DNA from: Candidatus Bathyarchaeota archaeon | Lineage (GTDB): Archaea > Thermoproteota > Bathyarchaeia > Bathyarchaeales > Bathycorpusculaceae | DNA: 64,000 bases | Direction: 5' to 3' | Assembly (NCBI GenBank): GCA_963707955.1 | Contig: OY970176.1 | Coordinates: 1,024,001-1,088,000, forward strand | In this document: positions 21,994-33,055 of the stretch, piece after piece | Numbering within the stretch: position 1 is the first letter of the stretch | Layout: each line of letters begins with the position of its first letter | Notes under the pieces: model-generated | Told to the model about the DNA's origin: nothing | Databases searched by the model: none | What the model saw: the letters and a program-made list of their open reading frames with translations, nothing else | Position numbers and translations under genes: made by a program

Positions 21994-22455
21994 ATGTGGG
22001 TACTTATGAACGTGCGGGAACTGATGATCACGAACGTAATCACCGTAGAAAAAAACATGACGGTGCAGCTGGCTGCGGGTACCATGAACAAGAAGAGAAT
22101 AGGCTGCTTGGTGACCGTTGACGGAGAAGGAGTGAAAGGAATCCTGACAGAAAGAGATATGCTAGTTAGAGTCTTGGAAGCAGGCAAAGATCCCAAGACA
22201 ACCAGGGTCTCAGACGTTATGACCCAGAGCATTATTTTCGGGAATCCAAACATGCAACTAGTTGAAGCCACGCGTTTAATGTTTCAAAACGGGATTAAGA
22301 AGCTGCCAATACTAGAGGACAATCGATTGGTCGGCCTAGTCACGCTGACCGACATAGCTCGCGCGACAAGCTGCGACAAGAAAACCATTGATCTCATTGA
22401 AGCACTGTCAAACATGCACAAGATCAGCTCATCCCAACAAGACATCAGCGTATGA
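21994..22455 (+). CDS. CBS-domain pair protein
   Basis: VRELM...IGCLV...GILTERD...VSDVMT...IKKLPI...GLVTLTDI. Confidence 0.92.
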   Translation: MWVLMNVRELMITNVITVEKNMTVQLAAGTMNKKRIGCLVTVDGEGVKGILTERDMLVRVLEAGKDPKTTRVSDVMTQSIIFGNPNMQLVEATRLMFQNGIKKLPILEDNRLVGLVTLTDIARATSCDKKTIDLIEALSNMHKISSSQQDISV

Positions 22456-22906
22456 ACACGTACATAAGCGCACGCTTCTATTCACGCGCGCTACGCGCCA
22501 TCTCGCACTCGGCAAAGTGTGTGAATCAAGGCCCCTTGCGCAAACGCAGGACAAGCGAGGGATGATCGAAGAAAGCTCGGGACACTAGCAGTAATTCTGG
22601 AGAGAATCTATTAGCATCTTCAAACCAAAAAACGTGGAGTTTTCTCTTCAAAGTATTCTATTGTAATACATAGGTATTACTTCATGCGCGCGGGCTGATA
22701 TCACTGTCACGCTAGTCGAGAAACTGGTAGTATATGAAAAGTCTTTTATTCGCCTGCTTCACAGACATTGAAAGCTAGGCACGCGCGCAGCATATCTTGA
22801 GTACACGATGTGATTGTGTGAGTAGCAAAGATGGTTTGTGCTTTGTAGAGCTGGACGCCTAAGGTTGAGGGTGAGAGTTGAAAGAAACTTCTGAGAACAG
22901 TCTTTC

Positions 22907-24214
22907 TTGGACCCTGAAGGAGCAGGATCTCTTATGCTGACCTGGCCATATATCGGATTAGTCTGCACGTTCGTCATTGTCTATGCATGGTCGTTCTATA
23001 ATCTGCCAATTTTGGTGGCAGGCGTAAAGAGTCTACGGCAAAGCAAACAAAAGCCCGGCAGAAAGCCTGCTGAAAGAAAAGCTTTTCCAGGTTTTTCAAT
23101 AATTGTGCCAGTGAAAAATGAGGAAAAAGTGGTAGGCAGATTGCTGAATGCTTTGTCCGAGTTGAATTATCCTGCAGACAAGAAGGAAATAATAATCGTT
23201 GAGGATGGTTCGACCGATAGAAGCCTTGATGTGTGCGAAGCCTTTGCTAGGGAGCAAAGGCTGAACATAAGAATTGTTCAAAGACGGTTTTCTGATGGTA
23301 AGCCCTCGGCCTTGAATAGTGGTATCACTTATGCGCAGGGCGAAATAGTAGGCGTTTTTGACGCAGACAGTGTTCCTGCAAGCGATGCTCTGTTGAACGT
23401 TTGCAGGTACTTCGAGGATCCGCAGGTGGCGGCAGTTCAGGGTCGAACACTGTCGATTAACTCTGAGGAAAACATGCTGACCCGAATCATTTCACGAGAG
23501 GAGGACGTTTGGTGTGAAGCATATTTGCGCGGCAAAGACGCTCTGAACTTGTTTGTCCATTTGAAGGGAAGCTGTCAGTTCATCAGGCGAGATGTTCTGA
23601 AACAGGTAAATGGCTTTGATGAGAATGCCTTATCTGAGGATATGGAGCTTTCAGCGAAGACAACCGAAAAAGGCTACAAGATCAAGTATGCCCCAGACGT
23701 AAGATCGTGGCAGGAGAGCCCATATGAATTAAAGCAGTTATTCAGGCAGCGCACTCGTTGGTTCAGGGGAACCATGGAAGTGGCCCTGAAGTATGGTCGA
23801 TTGATGGCCAAGCCGAGCAAAAAGAGCTTTGATGCCGAAGCGACTCTCTTTGGGCCCTTTGTCTTAATAGCATCGTTGCTGACGTACATTGCGTCTTGTT
23901 ACGTGACGTTCACGCCTTTTCCGCTGGGTGTTTTGTTGCAGATCATGGCAGAGCTGACAGCGCTGGGCGCCACCGTCATTGTACTTCTTTGTGGCCTAGC
24001 CCTGCTCTACACGTCGAAGCCCAGAAAAGCATCAGACCTGCTGTGGGTCCCATTCGTCTATGCCTATTGGAGTGCGCAGGCTTTCATCGCACTTTATGCA
24101 ATGCTGCTTATGATGCTACGCAGGCCGCGCAAGTGGTTGAAGACGGACAAAAAAGGATCGATTACGCGTGCTACTTCCAACTCTGTTATCATGAAGCCGC
24201 AAGAGTACGTTTGA
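22907..24214 (+). CDS. Processive-type GT2 glycosyltransferase (cellulose synthase/PgaC-like)
   Basis: SIIVPVKNEE, EDGSTD, GKPSALN, DADS, SED and QRTRW motifs; N- and C-terminal TM helices. Confidence 0.92.
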   Translation: MDPEGAGSLMLTWPYIGLVCTFVIVYAWSFYNLPILVAGVKSLRQSKQKPGRKPAERKAFPGFSIIVPVKNEEKVVGRLLNALSELNYPADKKEIIIVEDGSTDRSLDVCEAFAREQRLNIRIVQRRFSDGKPSALNSGITYAQGEIVGVFDADSVPASDALLNVCRYFEDPQVAAVQGRTLSINSEENMLTRIISREEDVWCEAYLRGKDALNLFVHLKGSCQFIRRDVLKQVNGFDENALSEDMELSAKTTEKGYKIKYAPDVRSWQESPYELKQLFRQRTRWFRGTMEVALKYGRLMAKPSKKSFDAEATLFGPFVLIASLLTYIASCYVTFTPFPLGVLLQIMAELTALGATVIVLLCGLALLYTSKPRKASDLLWVPFVYAYWSAQAFIALYAMLLMMLRRPRKWLKTDKKGSITRATSNSVIMKPQEYV

Positions 24215-24326
24215 GGTGTTGATAGGCGGCGTGAACATTAAGAATAGCAATCCCAGACGGCTGGCATTTTGACGGAAAAGTTGAGCAACTGGGCGTACCC
24301 CATATTAAGACAGAAGCGATGACCGG

Positions 24327-25802
24327 ATGAGCTTAAAATCCTTGCCTCGTCGTGCCTCCGCTGATTCAAGAATTTTCGTTGTTCTGGCTTTTCTAGGACC
24401 ATTTGTAGCGCGGCTATTGCCCGAATTACTGATGGGGCCATTCATGACCGGTTTTGACACTGTTGCATACTATGTTCCTAGAACTTTAAGCTGGATCCAA
24501 GGAGGAAGCAGTTTTGTTCAGATCATGGCTTATCCGCCTTTGTTTTATGTCTTACCTGTCCAATTGAGTCTTTTCGGCATTCCATTGACTTGGTCGTTGA
24601 AAGTTCTGCCGCCTATCTTGCTTGGCTTTCTAGGACTTGCTGTCTACGTCTATGCGAGAAAGGCTCTTGTCTGGTCGCACCTTGAAAGCCTCGGTGTTTC
24701 ATGCTTGGCGACTTTGTATTTCGTCAGCTTGAGAATTTCTTGGGACATGCTCAGAAGCGAGCTGGGACTGATTCTGTTTTTTGTCTTTTTGATGTTGCTG
24801 CATACTGGTTGGGAGAGGAAGAATTGGCAGAGTTTTCTGTTATCATTATTTATGGTTTTGGTTGCGCTCTCCCACCAGCTCGTGGCTTTGATAATGTTTT
24901 CAGTAGTTCTCGCGCTCTGCATCCAGAAACTGTCGAAGAAGGAGCACGATGCTTTCGGGAGATTAGTTGTTGCAACACTGCCAAGCTTGGCTGTTTTCGG
25001 TTTGATCCTGGGTGCCGACTATGTTGTTTCTTTGGGTTTTTCAACAACGAGTGCGAGTCAATGGTTTTCATTATTTGAGTTTTCGTCATTTTCTGATGCG
25101 CTGATTGGCACAGTTGGGTTTTGGCTGTTCTGCTTCTTGCCGCTGTTGCCCTTTGCATGGGTTGGGTGGAAGAATTTTAGTAACTTAGAGTTGAAAACTT
25201 GGATCCTTTGGTCTCTAATCGGTATTTTGCTCGGAATCGGAGCTTCGTCTGGGTTGTTTCCGATGAGTTACAGGTGGACCTTGCTGATGTCTTTCCCAAT
25301 GGCTTTTTTTGCCATTGAAGGCATCAAACATTTCAGGTTTCCTCGTCTGAGGCTGTTTCTAAGCGGGGTCTTAATCCTCTTGAGCTGCAGTTTCATGTTC
25401 TTGCCTGCCGAGCTGGCTTTTCCATATTTCAGTTTGTTCCCCAAATACGTTCCATCATCTATGCTACAGAACAGTGTGCCCTTGAGCGATTGTGAGGATG
25501 TCGTCAGGGTCATGTCTTGGTATGGTCAGAATGTTGGAGCCAGCGGCACTCTGCTCCTTCACGACGCGTTCAGCGGATGGGCAGACTTGTATTTGAATGC
25601 TGGTTGCCGAGTCGTCGATTACGGTTATGAGAACCCTCAAGCAGCAGCCGAAAAGTTGGTGGCAGATGGACCTGGAAGTGTATACGTAATCTGGTGGGTT
25701 CCTGGTGAAGGCTGGCATGGTTTAAGCAGCCTGCCCTCTAGTTTCTTTGAGGTTTTTAGGAGCGGTAGAATTGCTGTTTATGAGTATAACAATACTGCTT
25801 AA
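24327..25802 (+). CDS. Polytopic membrane protein, GT-C-like (glycan transfer or modification)
   Basis: About 11-12 hydrophobic segments, GFDT..YY and YPPLF in the first loop, soluble C-terminal domain. Confidence 0.65.
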   Translation: MSLKSLPRRASADSRIFVVLAFLGPFVARLLPELLMGPFMTGFDTVAYYVPRTLSWIQGGSSFVQIMAYPPLFYVLPVQLSLFGIPLTWSLKVLPPILLGFLGLAVYVYARKALVWSHLESLGVSCLATLYFVSLRISWDMLRSELGLILFFVFLMLLHTGWERKNWQSFLLSLFMVLVALSHQLVALIMFSVVLALCIQKLSKKEHDAFGRLVVATLPSLAVFGLILGADYVVSLGFSTTSASQWFSLFEFSSFSDALIGTVGFWLFCFLPLLPFAWVGWKNFSNLELKTWILWSLIGILLGIGASSGLFPMSYRWTLLMSFPMAFFAIEGIKHFRFPRLRLFLSGVLILLSCSFMFLPAELAFPYFSLFPKYVPSSMLQNSVPLSDCEDVVRVMSWYGQNVGASGTLLLHDAFSGWADLYLNAGCRVVDYGYENPQAAAEKLVADGPGSVYVIWWVPGEGWHGLSSLPSSFFEVFRSGRIAVYEYNNTA

Positions 25803-25864
25803 CCAGTTGGAATAATCCTGAAAGTGCTTTCGGTCCATTTTTCCAAATGCCATCTGTGCGCGCT

Positions 25865-26671
25865 TCAGGAAGGCCGGGCAATCACGAGTATGCCCGTGCA
25901 CATGTTCTTAGCTATGTGTTCCAAAAACTTGAAGGATCGCCAATTTTCTAACCCATAGGAATTGATCACTTTGAATCCATTGTCCTCAAGCAAGTCTGTG
26001 AGAGAGTATAAAGTGAAAGGACGAATGTGTCCAGCGGGCTTCCACGTGTCGAGTCGTTTCTTTAAGAATTCCATTCTGTATCCATAACTCAGTTTTTTTG
26101 TTGACACCTCTGTATTAATTGGCTGAATGCCCAAGGGCACAAGGATTCGATTCTTCCAGCAAACAGTGTTCAGTGTTGTGACAAGCAAGATGCCATCTTT
26201 CGAAATTGAGTCCCTCATTGATAGAACAAGAGAATCTGTGTCGAAGATATGCTCAATTGTCTCAAAAATCGTGAATACTTGAAAATCTCGTAGCGGAATC
26301 GGTTCTGAACCAAGATCGAGACGAATAAATTCGATGTTCTGTCTGTTGCATTGTTGTTCACACTGAGCTGACGCGTCAACTCCCACTGTTTTAATGACCA
26401 TCTGAGTCGTTTTTCCTAAGAAATCTGCAAAAGCTCGTGTGCCTCTGCAATCGCCGCATCCCAAGTCAACGTAGTTTATCGATTTTCGGTTTTTCCTCCA
26501 AATGTTTCCAGCGTCTTCGAAGAACTTTTGTACCCAAGCAATTGAAGCTACTTCAGAGTATCTTGGAGGCGTTAATTCATATCTGTCTCTCTTGTCCCAG
26601 AAGGTTTGTGATGCTTGTAGGCCAAGTCCCTTCGGTTTTGCTTCATCCACTTGGGCGTTTCTCCTTGTCAA
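25865..26671 (-). CDS. Class I SAM-dependent methyltransferase (glycan-cluster type)
   Basis: VDLGCGD, ETIEHI, VTTLN and HIRPFT motifs. Confidence 0.88.
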   Translation of the reverse strand: MTRRNAQVDEAKPKGLGLQASQTFWDKRDRYELTPPRYSEVASIAWVQKFFEDAGNIWRKNRKSINYVDLGCGDCRGTRAFADFLGKTTQMVIKTVGVDASAQCEQQCNRQNIEFIRLDLGSEPIPLRDFQVFTIFETIEHIFDTDSLVLSMRDSISKDGILLVTTLNTVCWKNRILVPLGIQPINTEVSTKKLSYGYRMEFLKKRLDTWKPAGHIRPFTLYSLTDLLEDNGFKVINSYGLENWRSFKFLEHIAKNMCTGILVIARPS

Positions 26672-29588
26672 TTCGTCTAGATAGGACTGAAGATATCTTC
26701 TTCCTAAATGGCGTAATGGCTATTATTAATATTAAGTAGGTAAAACCTATCGACACTGCTGTCAATCCAATTGTCATTTGCGAGCTTGTTGTGCCTATGA
26801 GTATGTTCGTTTCTTTTGAAGCCAAACTTGTCCCATTTACGATCCATGCCTTGAAAAAGACATTCGCCTGCACCTCCTCACTGGCGGCAGGTGTTTCCAT
26901 TTCTTGAAGCCCATTGTATAGATATTGATCTACAACTGCGTAGTCTGATCCCCCGTTCAAAACAGTCATAGCGGACCCTTCAGAACTATCCTGTTGAACT
27001 GAGAAAACCGGTTCTTCATGAACTTGGCGCACAGCGAATAATCCTAGAATGTCTGCGGTTTGTACGTGAATTCCTGAAAACTTGGAGATTGAGGCTTCAG
27101 AAGATAAGGAGACGGTGGAGAGATTTGGCTCTGTTGGAAAGGACATTTCCAAATTGTTATTGACGTAGACTTTGACTTCGTCGAATGTTCGGCTTAAGGT
27201 TACATTGATTGGATTATTCTCTCCCATGAGGTCATGGCCCACATATGTAGTTATCACGTCAGAAGTGTATGAATCACCCTGCTGAACTGCTAGTTCCAGG
27301 AAACCGTTGTTATGGAAAATTACGAAGTACTTGGAGTTGCCTGTATCTATTAGCGCCCTGGGCCCTTGAAAATCATATTGACCCCATCTGGAAACGTTGA
27401 CTGTAAAGTTGAGCATGAAGCTACCGTACGTGCCTAGGGGAAACGAAGTTGAATTAAGAACCAAATCATCAAATTGGTGAGTGTCAGCCCACGTGTTTGA
27501 ACTTGGGACTTTGACGATGTCATCTGCAGACAATTGACAATCGGTTGAAAACACGTCGACGTTGCTCGAGGTCGCTAACTTGTTTAGAGTGAGAGTTTCT
27601 ATGTTTTCGCCATTGAATGTTACTGTCAAATTCAGACTAGCAACTGAACCATCATATGTGGGCCTCAATGCATACATTTGGTAGGTATCGTTGTTGACAA
27701 AACTCGGGATGCTGAGCTGATTGATTTGTTCTTCGGAATTCAGAAATACAGGTAGATCTTGGAAGTCTATCAGTTGAAAAGCATATTTCAGCGTGCTTGT
27801 GTCATCGTAGAAGACATAGTTTCTTGTTGCGTACAGAGTGGGCAGACAGTTTTGGTTTTCAAAAATTGTGTAGTTGCCTTGCTGCTCTAGGAAATGCAAT
27901 CCGCTGTCGTTTTCTATGTCGTCAACAACGCTTGTAATGTTGTTGTTGAAAGATTCAGGAAATATCAATAATTCGTTTGGCTGGAAAACTTTGCTTACGA
28001 CCACGTACTTCGCAGAGAAGAGACCCAGAATCTTGCTCCAAGGAACAGAGGCTCCGTCAGTCAGTTCCAATGTTTGGTCATTCACATTGGACACCAATTG
28101 GAAAAGACGGAAGTTTGGAGGGAGATAAAGCTCTGCCTTGTGAGTGTATGGGATTAGTACTCCTCTATCATTGGAATAGTTCTGGCTCAGGAGGTTCGCA
28201 AGCTTCGAATATCCAGTGTCGAACAAGTTTCCCCATTGTAAATTATCTGAAATCTGCTGTAGAGGAGTATATCCGGCATAACTGATGAGCCATGGACTGT
28301 TGTACAGGACAACCGATGCGACTAAAAGTATGACTGCAGTTCCTTTGGCGATTCTTTTTTTTCTGGTTTTTCCGTAGGTTTCAAGTTTTTTGAAGGCGAC
28401 GAAAGTTGTTGTTAGTAATGACAGGAGGAGGATAACACGAAGTTCGGTGGGGCTTTCCCATGTTTGAAGTATGAAGCTGAACAATTTTCCCGCTAGAATG
28501 GGATCATTTGGTAGGTACTTAATGAATTCTATTAGGATGATGGAGTTGACGAACACAAGAATGTTCATATAGAAAAATGCTTTGTCTGTTTGCGCTACGT
28601 CTTTTCGCAAAAAGAGAAGCAGAATTGATGCGAGAAAAACAATGAATAGAGCATATCCGAATAGATTCGTGTAGGCGCTTGAGTCGTACCATGAATTTTG
28701 CCCCAAACCTACTCCAGAGTCTCCTCCAAGCCTGAATAATGTGACAGGGTTTGCATTCGCGTAGCAATATTGAATGTTGGACAGAAAATTGCCGAGGTTC
28801 CCTTTAAAGTAGGTTGCAAGAGGAGCGAAGTTGATGTTGTTGACGGACAAGATTAGGGGAGCGTTGACTATAATAAAAACGAACACAAACAAAACTACGT
28901 TAGTTACTGATGCCCTCACGAAGCAACGAGTTTGGCCGTACTTCCGAAGACAAATTACGACAAAAGTCGATACTAGGTATATTGAGATAAGGGCGGCTGA
29001 AAGGAAGAACTGTTCATGAGCTGAAACAGAAAGTGACAAAAACATCGCGCTTATCAGAAAATTTCTTGATAGACGACCTGGGTTGGACTGTTGGCTTATC
29101 TCACGTAAGGTTCTTATGAAGAATTTCAGTGCCAGCGGTAGAAACACCATGACAAATGCGTAAAGCATTGAGGCAAAATAGTACGGAGTTATTGGATTGA
29201 TAACATACATTGCTGAAACGATGAGACACCAGAACTTCTTGGTGAGAAACTCTCTAGAAAAAGTGTAGAATGAGAGCATCGAAAGGAAGTACAATAGGAA
29301 AGGATAGATCAGAGTCAGAGGAATGCTCAGGGCGTTTAAGAGGTAAGACAGTGGAAACAGGAAACCAGTCCTGAACGTAGAAAGGACGGCGATGTCGCCC
29401 AAGTATGATTCTCGTATCACTTTGGGCCCTAGGATGTCGACTATAGTCTGCTTGGTCCAATAGACGTTGTCGCCAATTACAAGACTTGGCAACGTTAGCA
29501 CGTTGTACGTAAGAAATATGGATAGGATGAGTAGCACAGCAGCTATGATGGAGAAATGGCAAATAGCCCTAAGTCGTTGATGTTTCAT
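26643..29588 (-). CDS. Large membrane protein: polytopic GT-C-like N-terminal half, extracellular beta-rich domain, C-terminal TM helix
   Basis: Many TM segments in the first ~430 aa, LGLFSAKYVVV motif, beta-rich Asn/Ser/Thr C-terminal half, terminal TM plus basic tail. Confidence 0.7.
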   Translation of the reverse strand: MKHQRLRAICHFSIIAAVLLILSIFLTYNVLTLPSLVIGDNVYWTKQTIVDILGPKVIRESYLGDIAVLSTFRTGFLFPLSYLLNALSIPLTLIYPFLLYFLSMLSFYTFSREFLTKKFWCLIVSAMYVINPITPYYFASMLYAFVMVFLPLALKFFIRTLREISQQSNPGRLSRNFLISAMFLSLSVSAHEQFFLSAALISIYLVSTFVVICLRKYGQTRCFVRASVTNVVLFVFVFIIVNAPLILSVNNINFAPLATYFKGNLGNFLSNIQYCYANANPVTLFRLGGDSGVGLGQNSWYDSSAYTNLFGYALFIVFLASILLLFLRKDVAQTDKAFFYMNILVFVNSIILIEFIKYLPNDPILAGKLFSFILQTWESPTELRVILLLSLLTTTFVAFKKLETYGKTRKKRIAKGTAVILLVASVVLYNSPWLISYAGYTPLQQISDNLQWGNLFDTGYSKLANLLSQNYSNDRGVLIPYTHKAELYLPPNFRLFQLVSNVNDQTLELTDGASVPWSKILGLFSAKYVVVSKVFQPNELLIFPESFNNNITSVVDDIENDSGLHFLEQQGNYTIFENQNCLPTLYATRNYVFYDDTSTLKYAFQLIDFQDLPVFLNSEEQINQLSIPSFVNNDTYQMYALRPTYDGSVASLNLTVTFNGENIETLTLNKLATSSNVDVFSTDCQLSADDIVKVPSSNTWADTHQFDDLVLNSTSFPLGTYGSFMLNFTVNVSRWGQYDFQGPRALIDTGNSKYFVIFHNNGFLELAVQQGDSYTSDVITTYVGHDLMGENNPINVTLSRTFDEVKVYVNNNLEMSFPTEPNLSTVSLSSEASISKFSGIHVQTADILGLFAVRQVHEEPVFSVQQDSSEGSAMTVLNGGSDYAVVDQYLYNGLQEMETPAASEEVQANVFFKAWIVNGTSLASKETNILIGTTSSQMTIGLTAVSIGFTYLILIIAITPFRKKISSVLSRRIDKEKRPSG

Positions 29589-29713
29589 GTAACTATCTCT
29601 TAGACAGATTCCCGTTTCAGCTCATTTTTTCTACGTATGATATAAATCTATATACTTGAGCACCATTCGGTTCAGGTTGAATTGTTCTGATCTTGAGATT
29701 CTGTCTGTCCTCG

Positions 29714-29927
29714 CTAGCGCGCGCACCAGAATAAACACAACATTTCTTTGTTCAAGACGCCATTCCCTTCAAAGAATGTTTCATGAGCCATGCTGGAGAG
29801 CGATTTTTGGTCGCTCAGCTATACTCTTCAGATAGATGCACGCACCATTAAGCCTGTGAGTATCGGTGGTGAAGGTGTTGAGCCTGTTATCCAAGTCCAG
29901 CTTAGCGCGCGTGAACTAGCATGCGCA
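29714..29927. repeat. (GC)4 palindrome copies
   Basis: CTAGCGCGCGCAC (29714), TAGCGCGCGTG (29903) and CTAGCATGCGCA (29916). Confidence 0.8.
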
Positions 29928-29955
29928 GGTCTAATACGAATTAGTTTTTCTGGTA

Positions 29956-30513
29956 TTGGCTATCTTTTGGAAAGAAATTAAGTGCGATGACTATTCCTTT
30001 AAGTACTTGACAACTCCATTTGCAAAACCTGGGTCACTCTTGTGGGAAAAATCTTTTATTCATAAGCCGTTAACCCTAGATAGTTTGGAGCGTTCGGAGG
30101 CTGCAGTTATAATCAGAGATGGCACGTGTAAACCGTCGAATGCTTTACATGTGTCAGGTCACGACAGTTTTGATTTTGGCAAGGGTTGTTTGGTTAGGCT
30201 GAAGTTGAAGGCTCTCCGATCAGGCGTATGGTTTCGGACGTTAAAAAGAATCGATCGAGTCCTCATTGACGTAACCTTGCAGGTTGCCAGCAGAATTCGA
30301 AGCCCAATCCTGTTGAAAACGCCGTTGCCCGTTGTGACACAGTCAAAAAACTCTTTGGCGCGCGCGCTGTTTGACGGCAACGCAAGCAAAAACTCATATA
30401 TTCTGTCAGAAGAAATGTTTCTTGGGTGGGGGTATCAATCTACTCACGGCGCACAAGCGAAGATGTCACTGTTATTCCTTACGCCGCAAATTCGACTTCA
30501 GATAGAGCTCTGA
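29956..30513 (+). pseudogene. Probably degenerate hypothetical gene (basic helical core LKLKALRSGVWFRTLKRIDR) containing a (GC)5 tract
   Basis: Protein-like central segment; GCGCGCGCGC at 30358-30367; flanking parts look non-coding. Confidence 0.35.
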
Positions 30514-30621
30514 GAGATGTACCACTAAACACGGGTGAAGTTTACTCGATATGGTATGCTAACGAAGAAGTACAAGGTTTCAAGATGATACATTCCGACA
30601 ATAGCATCGAGATTTTCCAAT

Positions 30622-31816
30622 ATGTACCGTAGGAAGAAGCAGGTTAGAATCTGCTTTGTCTCCAGTTTTCCGCCATCCAGAGGTAGGTTATCCGAGTACG
30701 CATTTGCTCTCATTAATAGTCTCCAAAAACACTCAGAAATCACGAAAATCGACATCCTCGGTGATACAATCAATGGTAAGACAACCGTTCCAATCAGCGA
30801 CAAGACGGTTCTACATCGAGTTTGGAAACCGGAAAAGCCCGTTTCGTTACTCATGGTCCCTATGTATATTCTCAGAATACGTCCTGACATAGTGCATTTC
30901 AATCTGCACATGGCAGTCTTTGGGAGAGGTAGACTTTCGAATTTTATTGGGCTTGGACTTCCTCTACTCTGCCGCTTGATGGGTCTAAGAGTGCTTGTTA
31001 CGTTACACAATATAACTGAAAGGATAGACCTTCAAAAGACAGGATTTAGCAACAGCTTTATCAACAAAATCGGAGCATTGTTTGCAACAAAACTTCTAAC
31101 CCTAAGCAATATGCTAACAGTGACTGTGAAATCTTACGTGGAGTTACTCAGAACCAAGTACAAATGCAAGAACGTTGTCTGGATTCCTCACGGAACGTGG
31201 TATTCTGGACCTCTCAACAGCGATTGTGGGGAAAAGGACACTATCTTGTACATAGGTCATCATGGGCCTTACAAGGATTTGGAATTACTCTCCAAATCGT
31301 ATCATTTGATTAGGAAGAACAGAAGAGTAAAATTAATAATAGCTGGATCATCACACCCAGACTACCCGAACCTTCTCGAGGAATGGTATGACAAGTCTCC
31401 AGATAAGTCAGATGATATGGATTTCCTCGGGTATGTACCTGAACAGGAACTACCGAAGCTTTTTGGTTGTGTAAGCGTGGTGGTCCTACCTTATTACACC
31501 TGCACTGGCACGAGTGGAGTCGCGCATCTTGCCAGTCTCTTTTGGAACCCCTATCGTGGCAACGGATTTGCCAGAATTTCGTGACCTTGTCAGCTCAGGA
31601 TGCGGAATAGTTCTGAGCGGACACACTCCTGAAGAGTTGGCCGGAAAGATCGAGAGCATACTCGACAGGACAACTCTAGTGCAGGAACTAAGGAACAAGA
31701 ACAACTGCTTTGCCAAACAGAGATCGTGGGATGTGATCGCTTCCCAATTCTGCACGCTTTACGCAAATCTTCTGGATGGAAAAAAGCTGCCCGAAGAAGT
31801 AGGCAATGGGCCATAA
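30622..31816 (+). pseudogene. GT4 glycosyltransferase split by a +1 frameshift near 31537
   Basis: ORF 30622..31584 ends ...SGVAHLAS; ORF 31514..31816 continues SFGTPIVATDLPEF; removing one base from GCCAGTCTCTTTTGGA restores the motif. Confidence 0.85.
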
Positions 31817-31834
31817 CGCAGAAGGCCTTAGCAG

Positions 31835-33055
31835 ATGAAGATTCTTCAGATTTCCCCCGAATACCCTCCATATAATATTGGCGGTGGGGGGCTCGTAGTT
31901 CAGGAAGTCGCACGAAATCTATCAAAAAGAGGACATAATGTCGAAGTGATATCCGGTTACTATCCTACAGGCTCAATCTTTTACAAAGTCCTATTTGACC
32001 ATGATCAAGGCATCAAGGTTTCATTGCTACCTCTGATCCCGAACCCTCGAACAAAAATCGAGCTAAGAACAAGAATGCCACCCAACATTTCCTCGTTTCT
32101 TTATGTCCTCAAAACAATCCTCAAATCCGACTTTCAAGCAATACATATACATGGGTACGGGCACTGTTTCATTGATTATTGCGCTTTTGTTTGTAGAATA
32201 TTTAGTAGACCTTATGTGCTGACCCTTCATGGATTTCCATATGCTCCGCGTGTGGGAGGGTTTTTGACTAGAGTTCTATACAGACTTCATTTTCTGGCCG
32301 TCGGAAGAGTCATAATATCTATGGCAAGCTGCGTAACCGCAGTATCATCAGAAGTGCTTGAGGAAGCCATGGCTTTAGGGGTTGATAGGGAGCACCTCCG
32401 TATTGTGCCAAATGGTTTGGACATCAGAGAATACTACGAGATAGAAGGCTCTTCACCAGTAAGAGAGAAGTACGGGATAAGCTCTAGCGACTGGTTGATA
32501 GTCGCAATCGGATCGCTTCATGAGAGGAAAGGTTTCCAGTATCTGATCAGATCAATACCGCTAATCAGGAATAACGATAGGATAAAGGTCTTATTGATCG
32601 GGGCAAATGGCGGATACGCAGACGAGTTGGCAAGAATTGCGAACATATTAAATTTGAAAGACAAAGTCATATTCACTGGGTATCTGGATCAAAGGAGCAA
32701 ACTCGCTGTCATCGCCCAAGCCGATATTTTTCTTATACCCTCAATTGCTGAACCATATGGACTTGTTGCCCTCGAAGCAATGGCTATGAAGAAACCAATC
32801 ATAGCCACCAATACGGGCGGACTCAGAGAGATTCTGCAGAATGGTAAAACTGCCTTGATGATTGAGCCAAAGAGCAGCGAATCGATTGCTGTGGCGATTA
32901 TGCAACTGCTTGAAAATGACACTCTCAGAGAAAATCTTTCCATTAACGCTAGAGCCGAATTGGCCAATCATGGGTGGGATGAAATTGTTGACAAATACTT
33001 GGCGATTTATATGGGTCTTAAAAAGGTAGAGAATAGTGCACATGCGTGTTTCTAA
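31835..33055 (+). CDS. GT4 glycosyltransferase
   Basis: PEYPPYNIGGGG, VPNGLD, RKGFQYL and EPYGLVALEAMA motifs. Confidence 0.93.
   Translation: MKILQISPEYPPYNIGGGGLVVQEVARNLSKRGHNVEVISGYYPTGSIFYKVLFDHDQGIKVSLLPLIPNPRTKIELRTRMPPNISSFLYVLKTILKSDFQAIHIHGYGHCFIDYCAFVCRIFSRPYVLTLHGFPYAPRVGGFLTRVLYRLHFLAVGRVIISMASCVTAVSSEVLEEAMALGVDREHLRIVPNGLDIREYYEIEGSSPVREKYGISSSDWLIVAIGSLHERKGFQYLIRSIPLIRNNDRIKVLLIGANGGYADELARIANILNLKDKVIFTGYLDQRSKLAVIAQADIFLIPSIAEPYGLVALEAMAMKKPIIATNTGGLREILQNGKTALMIEPKSSESIAVAIMQLLENDTLRENLSINARAELANHGWDEIVDKYLAIYMGLKKVENSAHACF

Noticed and set aside
19531-22800. CRISPR array or classical integron attC array
   Set aside because: Motif spacing is irregular, repeats are only 8-14 bp, and there are no constant-length spacers, attC-like hairpins, cas genes or intI.
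25865-26671. Methyltransferase as the DNA methylase for the GCGC motif
   Set aside because: It lacks the PC/ENV (C5) and DPPY/NPPY (amino) motifs and looks like a small-molecule or glycan methyltransferase.
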